From Candidatus Mediterraneibacter merdipullorum (GTDB taxonomy: Bacteria; Bacillota; Clostridia; Lachnospirales; Lachnospiraceae), in assembly GCA_019117125.1 (NCBI GenBank), contig DXAL01000055.1, positions 6,104-70,103 of the forward strand: 64,000 nucleotides of DNA, in the 5' to 3' direction. The notes under the pieces are model-generated. The model was not told where the DNA came from and made no database searches. It was given only the letters and a program-made list of their open reading frames with translations. Shown here in pieces: positions 18,609-27,457 of the stretch (the first letter of the stretch is position 1; the number at the start of each line of letters is the position of its first letter). Made by a program: the position numbers and the translations under genes.

Positions 18609-18698
18609 CAATGCCTGAATGCAGTACGTTTTTTTATCTGGTGGAATTGTTCCGGAAATTATGATAGAATATATCCCAGCAAGTTTACGGAGGATAGA

Positions 18699-19250
18699 AT
18701 GATGAACAACAGAAAAACAGGGTATGCACTGCGCATCGTACTCGGAGGATATCTGGCGTATCTGGGCGTCCGGCTCCTGCTCCAGATGCTGGAAGAGAAG
18801 CCGAGCAACATGGTGGTCATGAGTGTGGCGGCGGTCCTTTTCATCATCATCGGCGGCGGATACGCCCTTTACAGCATCAAGAAAGTTATTGACATCAGCA
18901 GGGCGGACCGGGAGGAAGGGGACGCACAGGGACAGGAGGACACGGAAAAGAAAAGACCTTCTTCCGGCATCACCCAGGCGACGTTCGTGACCGGCATCCG
19001 GACAGAAGAGAGCGAAGCCGCACCGAAGCCGGAACGGGCGCCAGAGACGGAATCCGCGCCGAAGCCGGAACGGGCACCAGCGGCGGAATCTGCGCCGAAG
19101 CCGGAGAAAACATCCGGGACGGAACCTGCGCCGAAGCCAGATGCAGCGCCGGAAGCGGGAACGGAGACGGAAGCTGCGGCGTCAGACCAGGCATCAGAGG
19201 GCGCGGCGCTTTCTGATGAAGAAATTGAAAATGATTATGAGGAGAAATAG
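18699..19250 (+). CDS. Two-TM membrane protein with a Pro/Glu/Ala-rich repeat tail
   Basis: RBS ACGGAGGA at 18687-18694. Two hydrophobic helices, then four copies of about 12 aa ([12 protein letters not shown]). The upstream part of the ORF-track ORF runs through tRNA-Met and is rejected. Confidence 0.7.
   Translation: MMNNRKTGYALRIVLGGYLAYLGVRLLLQMLEEKPSNMVVMSVAAVLFIIIGGGYALYSIKKVIDISRADREEGDAQGQEDTEKKRPSSGITQATFVTGIRTEESEAAPKPERAPETESAPKPERAPAAESAPKPEKTSGTEPAPKPDAAPEAGTETEAAASDQASEGAALSDEEIENDYEEK
19030..19173 (+). repeat. 36-bp in-frame tandem repeat x4 inside the CDS
   Basis: Units start at 19030, 19066, 19102 and 19138, each beginning GC(A/G)CCGAAGCC. Confidence 0.85.
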
Positions 19251-19252
19251 AG

Positions 19253-19801
19253 ATGCGGATTGGTATGGGATATGATGTTCACAGGCTTGCGGCGGGAAGA
19301 AAGCTCATCATGGGCGGCGTTGAGATTCCTTACGGGAAAGGGCTGCTCGGTCATTCGGATGCGGACGTCCTGCTCCATGCAGTCATGGATGCGCTCCTGG
19401 GCGCGGCTGCACTGGGGGACATCGGGAAGCACTTCCCGGACACGGACCCGGCATATGAGGGGATTTCCAGCCTGCGCCTCCTGGAACATGTGGGCGCCCT
19501 GCTCGGGGAGAACGGGTATGTGATAGAGAATATCGACGCCACCATCATCGCACAGCGGCCGAAGATGCGCCCGTATATCGACCAGATGCGGGAGAATATC
19601 GCTTCTGCGCTGGGCATCACGGCAGACCAGGTGAGCGTAAAGGCGACTACAGAGGAAGGGCTCGGCTTTACGGGAAGCGGAGAGGGTATTTCCTCCCACG
19701 CTGTCTGCCTTCTGGAAAAATTTACCAATTATTCCAGTGTGGATGTCACGAACGCACCGTCCGGATGCGGCGGATGCTGCATGGGAGGAGAACAGGCATG
19801 A
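19253..19801 (+). CDS. ispF: 2-C-methyl-D-erythritol 2,4-cyclodiphosphate synthase
   Basis: [41 protein letters not shown]...[11 protein letters not shown]. Confidence 0.95.
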   Translation: MRIGMGYDVHRLAAGRKLIMGGVEIPYGKGLLGHSDADVLLHAVMDALLGAAALGDIGKHFPDTDPAYEGISSLRLLEHVGALLGENGYVIENIDATIIAQRPKMRPYIDQMRENIASALGITADQVSVKATTEEGLGFTGSGEGISSHAVCLLEKFTNYSSVDVTNAPSGCGGCCMGGEQA

Positions 19802-20979
19802 ATGTGCGGAAGCTGGAAACCGGCGAGCACGGAATCACGAGACCCCTCTGGGAAGAGGTCTTTTCGGAAGACACCAGGGAATTTCTCGATTATTATTACT
19901 ACATCAAGGCGAAAGAAAATGAAATCTTCGTTGTCGAGGAAGACGGGGAACTCTGTTCCATGCTCCATCTGAACCCGTATACGCTGGCAGTCGGCAGCAG
20001 GCAGGCAGAGTCGGCGTATATCGTGGCGGTGGCGACGAAAGAAGCCTGCCGAAGCAGAGGGTTTATGAGGGCGCTTCTCCATACATCCCTGCAGCACATG
20101 TATGACCGAAAGGTCCCGTTTACCTTTCTCATGCCTGCGGCAGAAGCAATCTACCGCCCCTATGATTTCCGCTTCATCTACCGCCAGGATGTGGGGACGC
20201 TATCCGGCGCCGGAGAAGCAGCAGGCGGCGGGAAAGCCACAGCAGGCGCACAGGCGGCGGAGGAAGGCAGGCTGACCGGTTCGGACGCCGCGCTCTGGCA
20301 GGCCGGGGAAGCAGCTGACTTTTTCGGACAGAATTTCTCCGGACGCTGGCAGGTATATGCCCTCCGGGATGCGGCGTATTATCAGACCATGATTATGGAG
20401 CAGCAGAGCGAGCGCGGAGGCGTGCGTTTTGTGAGAGACCGGGGACAGCTGATCGGGATGTATGCATATGCGGTGGAAGACGGGATGGAGATACGGGAAC
20501 CCCTCTTCCTGCCGGGGTATGAAGATGCCTTTTCCTTTTCTGTCCGGGAGCTCTTAAAGAGCAGAGGAAGAGACGGGGCGGAGCAGGTCAGGGTCAGCGC
20601 ATGCCCTGCAGACATGGCACAGGAGGAAAAGCCGGTTATCATGGCGCGCATTGTGTGCCTGCGGGAATTTCTGGGTCTGCTGGAAACCGGGGAGGAGACG
20701 GAACTGTGCTGCTCCTTTGCGGTGCTCGACCCAATCCTGAAGCAGAACAGCAGGGTGTGGCGCATCGAGAGCCGCGCCGGCGAGACCGGCGTCCGCGTGC
20801 GCGAGGCGGAAGACTCGGAAGGCGTCTTCCCGGTGGCGGAACTGACGGAGTATCTGTTCGGACAGATGGACATGGAAGCTCTGAAAAAGTGCGAAAGCGT
20901 CATCCTCACGGAACACCTTGCGCTGGAACTGGAAAAGATACGGAAACTGACAGACGTATTTCTCAACGAAATCGTATAG
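19798..20979 (+). CDS. GNAT-family N-acetyltransferase, Eis-like (GNAT plus C-terminal SCP2-like region)
   Basis: About 390 aa. The acetyl-CoA motif region ([19 protein letters not shown]) and overall length match Eis-type enzymes. ATGA overlap with ispF. Confidence 0.65.
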   Translation: MNVRKLETGEHGITRPLWEEVFSEDTREFLDYYYYIKAKENEIFVVEEDGELCSMLHLNPYTLAVGSRQAESAYIVAVATKEACRSRGFMRALLHTSLQHMYDRKVPFTFLMPAAEAIYRPYDFRFIYRQDVGTLSGAGEAAGGGKATAGAQAAEEGRLTGSDAALWQAGEAADFFGQNFSGRWQVYALRDAAYYQTMIMEQQSERGGVRFVRDRGQLIGMYAYAVEDGMEIREPLFLPGYEDAFSFSVRELLKSRGRDGAEQVRVSACPADMAQEEKPVIMARIVCLREFLGLLETGEETELCCSFAVLDPILKQNSRVWRIESRAGETGVRVREAEDSEGVFPVAELTEYLFGQMDMEALKKCESVILTEHLALELEKIRKLTDVFLNEIV

Positions 20980-21000
20980 CTCGCAGAAGGAAGCCCCATG

Positions 21001-21047
21001 GTCCGCCGGTAAACAGGTCTGCCTGCAAACAGTCCGCCGGCAAACTG
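21001..21047. repeat. 16-bp imperfect direct repeat (GTCCGCCGGTAAACAG / GTCCGCCGGCAAACTG) abutting the -35 of the T-box promoter
   Basis: Copies at 21001-21016 and 21032-21047, 14/16 identical, starts 31 bp apart. Confidence 0.7.
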
Positions 21048-21048
21048 C

Positions 21049-21077
21049 TTGACAAATGCGGAAAACTTTCATAAGAT
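21049..21077 (+). promoter_or_regulatory. Promoter TTGACA-17-TAAGAT of the cysE operon leader
   Basis: TTGACA at 21049-21054 and TAAGAT at 21072-21077. Confidence 0.6.
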
Positions 21078-21084
21078 ATGGTAT

Positions 21085-21335
21085 ATGTCAGACAGGAAAA
21101 GGCAGAGAACGGACAGAGTAGCATGTTCAGAAACTGACAGAGAGGGAATGCCGCCGGCTGAAAGCATTCCTGAGCGGAGAGCGTGTGAAGTGCGTCCGGG
21201 AGCTGACCCGGTGAACAGCAAGTAGCCGGGTACGTGGCGCATACGTTACATGCATGCTGAGTGGAAGGCGCAGCCTTCTATAAAGAGTGGAACCGCGGAC
21301 AGGACTTCGTCTCTTTTTTGAGACGGAGTTTTTTG
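21085..21335 (+). promoter_or_regulatory. T-box riboswitch leader (Cys-type by context) with intrinsic terminator
   Basis: AGAGA boxes near 21103 and 21140. Conserved T-box sequence AAAGAGTGGAACCGCGG at 21282-21298 with a UGGA bulge. Terminator ACTTCGTCTC-TTTTTT-GAGACGGAGT plus TTTTT at 21304-21334. A TGC triplet lies at 21191-21193. The 5' boundary is approximate. Confidence 0.8.
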
Positions 21336-21449
21336 TATCACAGGGAACTGCTTTCCTGTGACAGAAAATGTTCCGCAAAATTCGCACTGCGGCGGAATGG
21401 AAGGTGTCGTTTATGCCTGCGATAAATGTCCTGTCGGGAGGTGACTGTG

Positions 21450-22136
21450 ATGGGCATGATTTCATATATAAAAGAAGAGATACAGGTGGTGCGGGAGCGG
21501 GACCCCGCCATAAAGTCAAACCTGGAAGTATTCCTCTATCCCAGCTTCCGCGTGATACTCCGATACCGGGTCGCGCACAGGCTGTACCGGAGGGGACATT
21601 ATTTCCTCGCCAGATGGATATCTCAGCGGGGAGCGCGCAAGACCGGGATTGAGATACACCCGGGTGCAAAGATTGGAAAGGGACTGTTCATCGACCACGG
21701 AAGCGGCGTCATCATCGGTGAGACAACGGTCATCGGGGACAATGTGACGCTCTACCAGGGCGTGACGCTGGGCGGTACCGGAAAGGAACGGGGCAAGCGC
21801 CATCCCACGCTGGAGGACAACGTGATGGTGAGCGCAGGCGCCAAGATACTGGGGTCCTTTACTATCGGGGAGAATTCCAAGATTGGCGCGGGTTCGGTGG
21901 TGCTCGAGGAGGTGCCTCCGAACTGTACGGTGGTCGGCGTGCCGGGGCGCATCGTCCGCATGGACAATAAGAAAGTGCCCAGACTCGATATGGACCAGGT
22001 GCATCTGCCTGACCCGGTCCTGAATGATATCCGGAAGCTGCAGGAGGAGAACATCCGGCTGCACACGGAACTGAGGAACCTGATGAAAGAATTGAGATGC
22101 ATCGAAAAGAAAGGAGAAGACGATGAAGATTTATAA
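21450..22136 (+). CDS. cysE: Serine O-acetyltransferase
   Basis: DPA......EV.LYP.F.....YR.AH.L......FLAR.IS...[12 protein letters not shown]...FIDHG.GVVIGET hexapeptide repeats. RBS GGGAGGTG. Confidence 0.93.
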   Translation: MGMISYIKEEIQVVRERDPAIKSNLEVFLYPSFRVILRYRVAHRLYRRGHYFLARWISQRGARKTGIEIHPGAKIGKGLFIDHGSGVIIGETTVIGDNVTLYQGVTLGGTGKERGKRHPTLEDNVMVSAGAKILGSFTIGENSKIGAGSVVLEEVPPNCTVVGVPGRIVRMDNKKVPRLDMDQVHLPDPVLNDIRKLQEENIRLHTELRNLMKELRCIEKKGEDDEDL

Positions 22137-23529
22137 TACGATGTCAAAGAGAAAAGAAGAGTTCGTGCCGCTGGAAGAGGGAAAGGTGAAGATGTATGTG
22201 TGCGGTCCCACCGTCTACAACCTCATCCACATCGGAAATGCGAGACCGATGATTGTCTTTGACACGGTCAGAAGATATTTTGAATACAGAGGATACGAGG
22301 TGAACTTTGTCTCGAACTTCACGGATGTGGATGACAAGATTATCAAAAAAGCCATCGAGGAAGGCGTTACGGCGGATGAGATATCCAAACGCTACATCGC
22401 GGAGTGCAAAAAGGATATGGATGCCATGAACATCATGCCAGCCACAAAGAATCCCCTGGCTACCGAGGAGATATGCGGCATGGTGGATATGATACAGACG
22501 CTCATTGACAAAGGATACGCCTACGAGAAGAACGGGACTGTATACTACCGCACGAGGAAGTTCAAAGATTACGGAAAACTCTCCCACAAGAACCTGGATG
22601 ACCTCCAGTCAGGAGGCAGGACCCTCCTTGTCACCGGCGAGGATGAGAAGGAAGACCCGCTGGACTTTGTCCTCTGGAAGCCGAAGAAGGAAGGGGAGCC
22701 GGCATGGGAGTCTCCGTGGAGCGAGGGACGCCCCGGATGGCACATCGAGTGTTCGGAGATGTCGAAGAAATACCTCGGCGAGCAGATTGACATCCATGCA
22801 GGCGGGGAAGACCTTATCTTCCCGCACCATGAAAATGAGATTGCCCAGAGCGAGGCGGCGAACGGAAAGGAATTTGCAAAGTACTGGATGCACAACGGCT
22901 TCCTCAATATCGATAACCGCAAAATGTCAAAATCACTGGGCAACTTCTTTACAGTAAGGGAAATCAGCGAGAAATACGACCTCCAGGTCCTGCGGTTCTT
23001 CATGCTGAGCGCCCACTACAGAAGTCCCCTCAACTTCAGCGCGGACCTGATGGAGGCGGCGAAGAACGGGCTGGAGCGCATCCTCACGGCGGCGGAAAAT
23101 CTGCGGTTCCTCACTTCCGGCGCAGCAGACGGGGAGATGACAGAGCAGGAAAAGGCGCAGGCAGAAGAGGCGCAGAAGTATGTCCGTGGATTTGAGAAGG
23201 CGATGGATGATGATTTCAACACGGCAGACGCGGTGGCATCCGTCTTTGAACTGGTGAAATTCATCAATACAACGGCGGACGGCAGCAGTTCAAAGGCATA
23301 TCTGGACAGCCTCTATGAGGAACTCTCAAGTCTTACCGGCGTGCTCGGCATCATCATCGAAAAGAAGGAAGAGATGCTGGACGATGAGATTGAGGCGATG
23401 ATAGAGAAACGCCAGGCAGCGCGCAGGGAAAAGAATTTCGCCCTTGCGGACCAGATACGGGACGAACTGCTGGCAAGAGGAATCATCCTGGAAGATACAA
23501 GAGAAGGAGTAAAATGGAAAAAAGCGTAG
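22123..23529 (+). CDS. cysS: Cysteine--tRNA ligase
   Basis: [19 protein letters not shown] (HIGH), KMSKSLGN (KMSKS), GWHIECS zinc site. Confidence 0.96.
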   Translation: MKIYNTMSKRKEEFVPLEEGKVKMYVCGPTVYNLIHIGNARPMIVFDTVRRYFEYRGYEVNFVSNFTDVDDKIIKKAIEEGVTADEISKRYIAECKKDMDAMNIMPATKNPLATEEICGMVDMIQTLIDKGYAYEKNGTVYYRTRKFKDYGKLSHKNLDDLQSGGRTLLVTGEDEKEDPLDFVLWKPKKEGEPAWESPWSEGRPGWHIECSEMSKKYLGEQIDIHAGGEDLIFPHHENEIAQSEAANGKEFAKYWMHNGFLNIDNRKMSKSLGNFFTVREISEKYDLQVLRFFMLSAHYRSPLNFSADLMEAAKNGLERILTAAENLRFLTSGAADGEMTEQEKAQAEEAQKYVRGFEKAMDDDFNTADAVASVFELVKFINTTADGSSSKAYLDSLYEELSSLTGVLGIIIEKKEEMLDDEIEAMIEKRQAARREKNFALADQIRDELLARGIILEDTREGVKWKKA

Positions 23530-23987
23530 GATACGGACTGGAACATTATATCGCAGCCCTTCCAGGCATGGAGCAGACGGACCCGAAGACCGTCTCCCCG
23601 CTGGCGCTTGCCTATATCGGGGACTGTGTATTCGATCTCATCATCAAGCTGATGGTGACGGGGAAGGGGAACCGTCAGGTCCACAAGCTGCACGAAGAGA
23701 CGAGCCATTATGTGCAGGCGTCCGCCCAGTCCTATATGATGCGCTCCATGCAGGAACACCTCACAGAGGAAGAACACGCGGTGTACCGCCGGGGGCGCAA
23801 TTCGCGCAGCGTCACGCCGGCGAGGAACCAGTCCATCACTGATTACCGCAGGGCAACGGGATTCGAGGCGCTCATCGGGTACCTGTACTTAAGCGGAGAG
23901 TACGGGCGGCTGACGGAACTGGTGCAGATCGGGCTTGAGAGCATGGACAGAAGTGAGACCGGACAGAGCGGTAAGAAAGAGGGATAG
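23514..23987 (+). CDS. mrnC: Mini-ribonuclease III
   Basis: [15 protein letters not shown] RNase III signature, about 150 aa, in the conserved position after cysS as in Bacillus. Confidence 0.85.
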   Translation: MEKSVGYGLEHYIAALPGMEQTDPKTVSPLALAYIGDCVFDLIIKLMVTGKGNRQVHKLHEETSHYVQASAQSYMMRSMQEHLTEEEHAVYRRGRNSRSVTPARNQSITDYRRATGFEALIGYLYLSGEYGRLTELVQIGLESMDRSETGQSGKKEG

Positions 23988-23990
23988 AAG

Positions 23991-24767
23991 ATGCAGGGAG
24001 AACGAAAAGAGGAAACCGGGCACAGAGAACACACACTGGTGATTGAGGGGCGCAATGCCGTGCTGGAAGCCCTCCGGTCGGACCGGACGCTGGACCGGCT
24101 GTTCATCCTGGACGGATGCCAGGACGGACCGGTCCGGACCATTGTCCGGGAGGCAAAGAAACGGGACGTGGTCCTGGACTTTGTGGCAAAGGAACGTCTG
24201 AACCAGATGTCCCAGACCGGAAAACACCAGGGCGTCATCGCGTATGCGGCTGCCTATGATTACGCGGAGATAAGCGATATGCTCAAGGCGGCAGAGGAGA
24301 AAGGGGAAGCGCCCTTCCTCCTCTTCCTGGACGGCATCGAGGACCCCCACAATCTGGGCGCGCTCATCCGAACTGCCAATATCGCGGGAGCGCACGGCGT
24401 GGTCATCCCGAAGCGGCGCGCCGTGGGGCTGACCGCTACAGTGGCGAAGACCTCGGCAGGGGCGCTGAACTATACGCCCGTGGCAAGAGTGACGAACCTG
24501 GTCCGGACCATGGAAGAACTCAAGGAGCAGGGGATGTGGTTTGTCTGCGCGGATATGGACGGAGAGACCATGTACGACCTGAACCTGACCGGTCCCATCG
24601 GACTTGTCATCGGAAGCGAGGGGAACGGGGTGAGCCGGCTCGTAAAAGAGAACTGCGACTTTGTGGCGTCGATTCCCATGCGGGGAGACATCACTTCCCT
24701 GAACGCATCGGTGGCAGGGGGCATCCTGACCTATGAGATTGTAAGACAGCGGCTCGGACAGAAGTGA
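23991..24767 (+). CDS. rlmB: 23S rRNA (guanosine-2'-O)-methyltransferase, TrmH/SpoU family
   Basis: IEGRNAVLEAL, DGIEDPHNLGALIRTA, LVIGSEGNGVS, SLNASVAGGI SpoU motifs. Synteny cysS-mrnC-rlmB. Confidence 0.9.
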   Translation: MQGERKEETGHREHTLVIEGRNAVLEALRSDRTLDRLFILDGCQDGPVRTIVREAKKRDVVLDFVAKERLNQMSQTGKHQGVIAYAAAYDYAEISDMLKAAEEKGEAPFLLFLDGIEDPHNLGALIRTANIAGAHGVVIPKRRAVGLTATVAKTSAGALNYTPVARVTNLVRTMEELKEQGMWFVCADMDGETMYDLNLTGPIGLVIGSEGNGVSRLVKENCDFVASIPMRGDITSLNASVAGGILTYEIVRQRLGQK

Positions 24768-24785
24768 CCGGTCCGAAACGCGCAG

Positions 24786-25424
24786 GTGGAATCTATGGAC
24801 AAGTATGAAACAATGACAGATGAACAGCTCATCCGCAGACTGAGGGACGGCGACCGGCGCATCACGGACCATATCATGGACAAGTACAAACCCATGGTCC
24901 TGAAAAAAGCCAGGGCAATGTTCCTTCTGGGCGGAGAAAATGAGGACCTGATACAGGAAGGCATGATCGGGCTTTTCAAGGCAGTCCGGGACTATGAGGA
25001 AGGACAGGGCGCTTCGTTTTCCAGTTTTGCAGAGCTGTGCGTCTCCCGGCAGATGTACAGCGCCATTGAAGCGTCGAAGCGGAAGAAGCATCTCCCGCTG
25101 AACTCGTATATCTCCCTGTATGAAGAAAGTGAAGTACACCGGGACGGGCGGAAGATGCCGCTCATCGATACGATAGAAGCGGAGCAGGAGACAGACCCGG
25201 AAGCGCTGTACTTTGGCAGGGAGTATACGGAGGCTTTTATCGAGCAGCTCAAGGAGAGCTTAAGCCCCCTGGAAAGCCATGTGCTCTATCTCCATCTGAT
25301 GGGGACGGATTACCGGAAGATCGCGGAAATCCTTGAGAAGAGCCCGAAGTCTGTGGACAATGCGATACAGAGGATACGCGGAAAAGCGGAGAAGATGCTC
25401 CGCAGCAAAGGAGAAACAGGATGA
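24786..25424 (+). CDS. sigH: RNA polymerase sigma-H
   Basis: D..I.DKYKP.V..KAR..FL.GGE.EDLIQEGMIGLFKA.RDY......SF..FAELC..RQ...I....R.KH.PLN.Y.SL is very SigH-like, and it follows rlmB as in Bacillus. Start is GTG 24786 or ATG 24795. Confidence 0.88.
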   Translation: MESMDKYETMTDEQLIRRLRDGDRRITDHIMDKYKPMVLKKARAMFLLGGENEDLIQEGMIGLFKAVRDYEEGQGASFSSFAELCVSRQMYSAIEASKRKKHLPLNSYISLYEESEVHRDGRKMPLIDTIEAEQETDPEALYFGREYTEAFIEQLKESLSPLESHVLYLHLMGTDYRKIAEILEKSPKSVDNAIQRIRGKAEKMLRSKGETG

Positions 25425-26257
25425 AGAGACATGCGGATTATGGAATGGCGGCACTTGTGTTTGTCTGCACGATGGTGCTGATGAACGGAGGCGCCTTTGT
25501 GTTTTCACTGGGAGCGGTGATTCCCGGGATGATGCTGGGAGGTTTGAACGGCATAGATATAGGGTATGAGTACCTGATGGAGCATTTGAGCTTCTTTTCC
25601 TGCCTGATTTATCTGCTGCCGGGAACCCTCGCATTCCTGTGGTATTATTTCGCGTTTGCGGAGCCGGCGGGAATGCGGCGCTTTGTCCGGATGCGGACCA
25701 GGAGGCTGAGCCCGGTCTGCTTCTTCCTGGCAATTCCACTCGCCTTCGCAGTGCAGCATCTGACGAGCCTGCTCATGGGAGTCATCGCGCTCGTCCTGCC
25801 CTCTTCCATGGAGGAATATATGGAACTGGTGGAGTCTTCCGGGCTCACCAGCTACTCGGCCGCCTGGGCAGTAGCGACCCTTATCCTCCCGCCGCTGGTG
25901 GAGGAAGTCCTCTTCCGGGGGCTTATCTTCGGATATCTGCGGAGGGCGGGGGCTTGCTTTGCGGTGGCAAACCTGATACAGGCGGTGCTCTTCGGCATCT
26001 TCCACATGAACCTGGTGCAGGGCATCTATGCGGCAGTTCTCGGATTCCTGCTCGGGTATCTGGCATGGAGGTATGAAAGCCTTCTGGTGCCGATGACGCT
26101 GCATGCACTGTTCAACTTTTTCGGGACCGTCGTCATCGACCTGGAGAGCCGGTTCCTGCCGGACCTTGTCCTGGGGATTTTTGTCATGGCAGGCGTGCCG
26201 GTGGCAGCGGTCGTGCTCGTGCTGATGCATTTTGGGATAGGAGAGAAGAAACGATGA
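25421..26257 (+). CDS. CPBP-family (CAAX/Abi) intramembrane glutamic endopeptidase
   Basis: Polytopic protein with EEVLFRG, FGIFHMN and HALFNF motifs. ATGA overlap with the sigH stop. Confidence 0.85.
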   Translation: MKRHADYGMAALVFVCTMVLMNGGAFVFSLGAVIPGMMLGGLNGIDIGYEYLMEHLSFFSCLIYLLPGTLAFLWYYFAFAEPAGMRRFVRMRTRRLSPVCFFLAIPLAFAVQHLTSLLMGVIALVLPSSMEEYMELVESSGLTSYSAAWAVATLILPPLVEEVLFRGLIFGYLRRAGACFAVANLIQAVLFGIFHMNLVQGIYAAVLGFLLGYLAWRYESLLVPMTLHALFNFFGTVVIDLESRFLPDLVLGIFVMAGVPVAAVVLVLMHFGIGEKKR

Positions 26258-26700
26258 GGTTTGTGATACAGCGGGTAAAAGAAGCGTCTGTCCGGGTGGA
26301 CGGACAGGTCATCGGTGAAATCGGCAAAGGCTGCCTCGTATTCATCGGCGTGTCGGATACGGATACGGAGCAGACGGCGGACAAGATGGTCCGCAAGCTG
26401 ACCGGACTCAGGATATTTGAGGATGGGGACGGAAAGACGAACCTTTCCCTCGGGGATGTGGACGGGAGCCTGCTCCTTGTGTCCCAGTTCACCCTGTACG
26501 CGAACTGCAGGAAAGGGAACCGTCCCAGCTTTACCGAAGCCGGAGCGCCGGAGAAAGCCAATGCGCTCTATGAATACATCATCGAAAGCTGCCGGAAGAC
26601 GGTGCCGGAAGTCCGGACCGGGAGCTTTGGCGCGGAGATGGAGGTCCGCCTTGTCAACGACGGACCTTTTACCATCCTGCTGGATTCGGAGAAACTCTAG
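26254..26700 (+). CDS. dtd: D-aminoacyl-tRNA deacylase
   Basis: [14 protein letters not shown]...G.IG.G.LVF.GV...D..... and SQFTLYA motif, 148 aa. ATGA overlap with the CPBP gene. Confidence 0.93.
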   Translation: MRFVIQRVKEASVRVDGQVIGEIGKGCLVFIGVSDTDTEQTADKMVRKLTGLRIFEDGDGKTNLSLGDVDGSLLLVSQFTLYANCRKGNRPSFTEAGAPEKANALYEYIIESCRKTVPEVRTGSFGAEMEVRLVNDGPFTILLDSEKL

Positions 26701-26763
26701 CACGCCGGCACAGATGCTTCCGTGTCCCGGCAGGGCTGCTTCGGTGCGCCGGCACGACCGCTG

Positions 26764-27138
26764 TCACAGATGCGCGCAGGGGGTCCGTTCCTCCGCCGCT
26801 TCCAGCCTGCCGCGCTCGAAGTATTTCCCGACGTCTGAGAGGAGCGAGGCGAAACAGAGGCTCAGCATCGGGTCCGCGTCCGGGTGCTCCTTTCGGATAT
26901 CGTAGTCCTGGACGCCGATGAACATCGTGTGGGACGCCTTCCAGTCCCGCTCCAGCACCGGGAGAAAATCCGGGATATCGTCAGCGCCCAGGCAGAAGAA
27001 CAGCTCGATATTGTTCTTCATCGTGTCGAAATACCGGTAGAAATCCGGGAGCGGCCCCGTCTCCATGCAGCGGACAAACTCCATCAGCCGCTCCAGCTTG
27101 TCCCGTAAGTCTTTGAGTTCCTTTTTTCCCATTTTCAT
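26764..27138 (-). CDS. Hypothetical cytoplasmic protein (124 aa)
   Basis: RBS GGAGGAAAAG precedes MKMGKKELKDLRDKLERL. I recognise no family. Confidence 0.55.
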   Translation of the reverse strand: MKMGKKELKDLRDKLERLMEFVRCMETGPLPDFYRYFDTMKNNIELFFCLGADDIPDFLPVLERDWKASHTMFIGVQDYDIRKEHPDADPMLSLCFASLLSDVGKYFERGRLEAAEERTPCAHL

Positions 27139-27268
27139 AACTTTTCCTCCGACGTGAACCGGAAACACCCCGCATTTGTCAAAGTATAGCATACCGGTTC
27201 TGAAAAAGGGCAAAATGACAGATATTATTGCATTTTTCTATGTTTTACATGTATCCGTTTATTTTTCC

Positions 27269-27298
27269 TTGACAATGCGACAGGGGATGGTGTATATT
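27269..27298 (+). promoter_or_regulatory. Promoter TTGACA-18-TATATT upstream of tRNA-Thr
   Basis: TTGACA at 27269-27274 and TATATT at 27293-27298. Confidence 0.6.
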
Positions 27299-27322
27299 AA
27301 TCCTTGCGTATGAACGCATTAA

Positions 27323-27395
27323 GCTGTCTTGGCGCAGTCGGTAGCGCGTCGCCTTGGTAAGGCGGAGGTCGGGGGTTCAAGTCCCCTAGACAGCT
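27323..27395 (+). tRNA. tRNA-Thr (anticodon GGT)
   Basis: GCTGTCT/AGACAGC acceptor, GCGC..GCGC D arm, anticodon loop TTGGTAA, GGGGG-TTCAAGT-CCCCT T arm, discriminator T. Confidence 0.9.
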
Positions 27396-27457
27396 TTCTT
27401 TTTTTGCAATGGGAACAGACAGGACACAGTGTGAGATATGTCGATAAGGAGGAGACG

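Noticed and set aside
21127-21669. A 180-aa minus-strand ORF and a 94-aa plus-strand ORF across 21127-21669.
   Set aside because: They cover the T-box leader and the 5' end of cysE. The region is explained by the riboswitch and cysE.
27163-27175. The 13-mer TTGACAAATGCGG is shared between the cysE-leader promoter (21049-21061, + strand) and the region upstream of the hypothetical gene 26764-27138 (minus strand).
   Set aside because: The match is striking, but half of it is the generic -35 hexamer, and in the second locus it lies too close to the start codon to be a promoter. Most likely chance; only a genome-wide motif count could say more.
27329-27457. N-terminal extension of the glnS ORF. 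Likewise 18543-18698 for the membrane protein, and 27297-27507 on the minus strand.
   Set aside because: These segments translate straight through tRNA-Thr or tRNA-Met genes. Good RBS-ATG pairs exist downstream.
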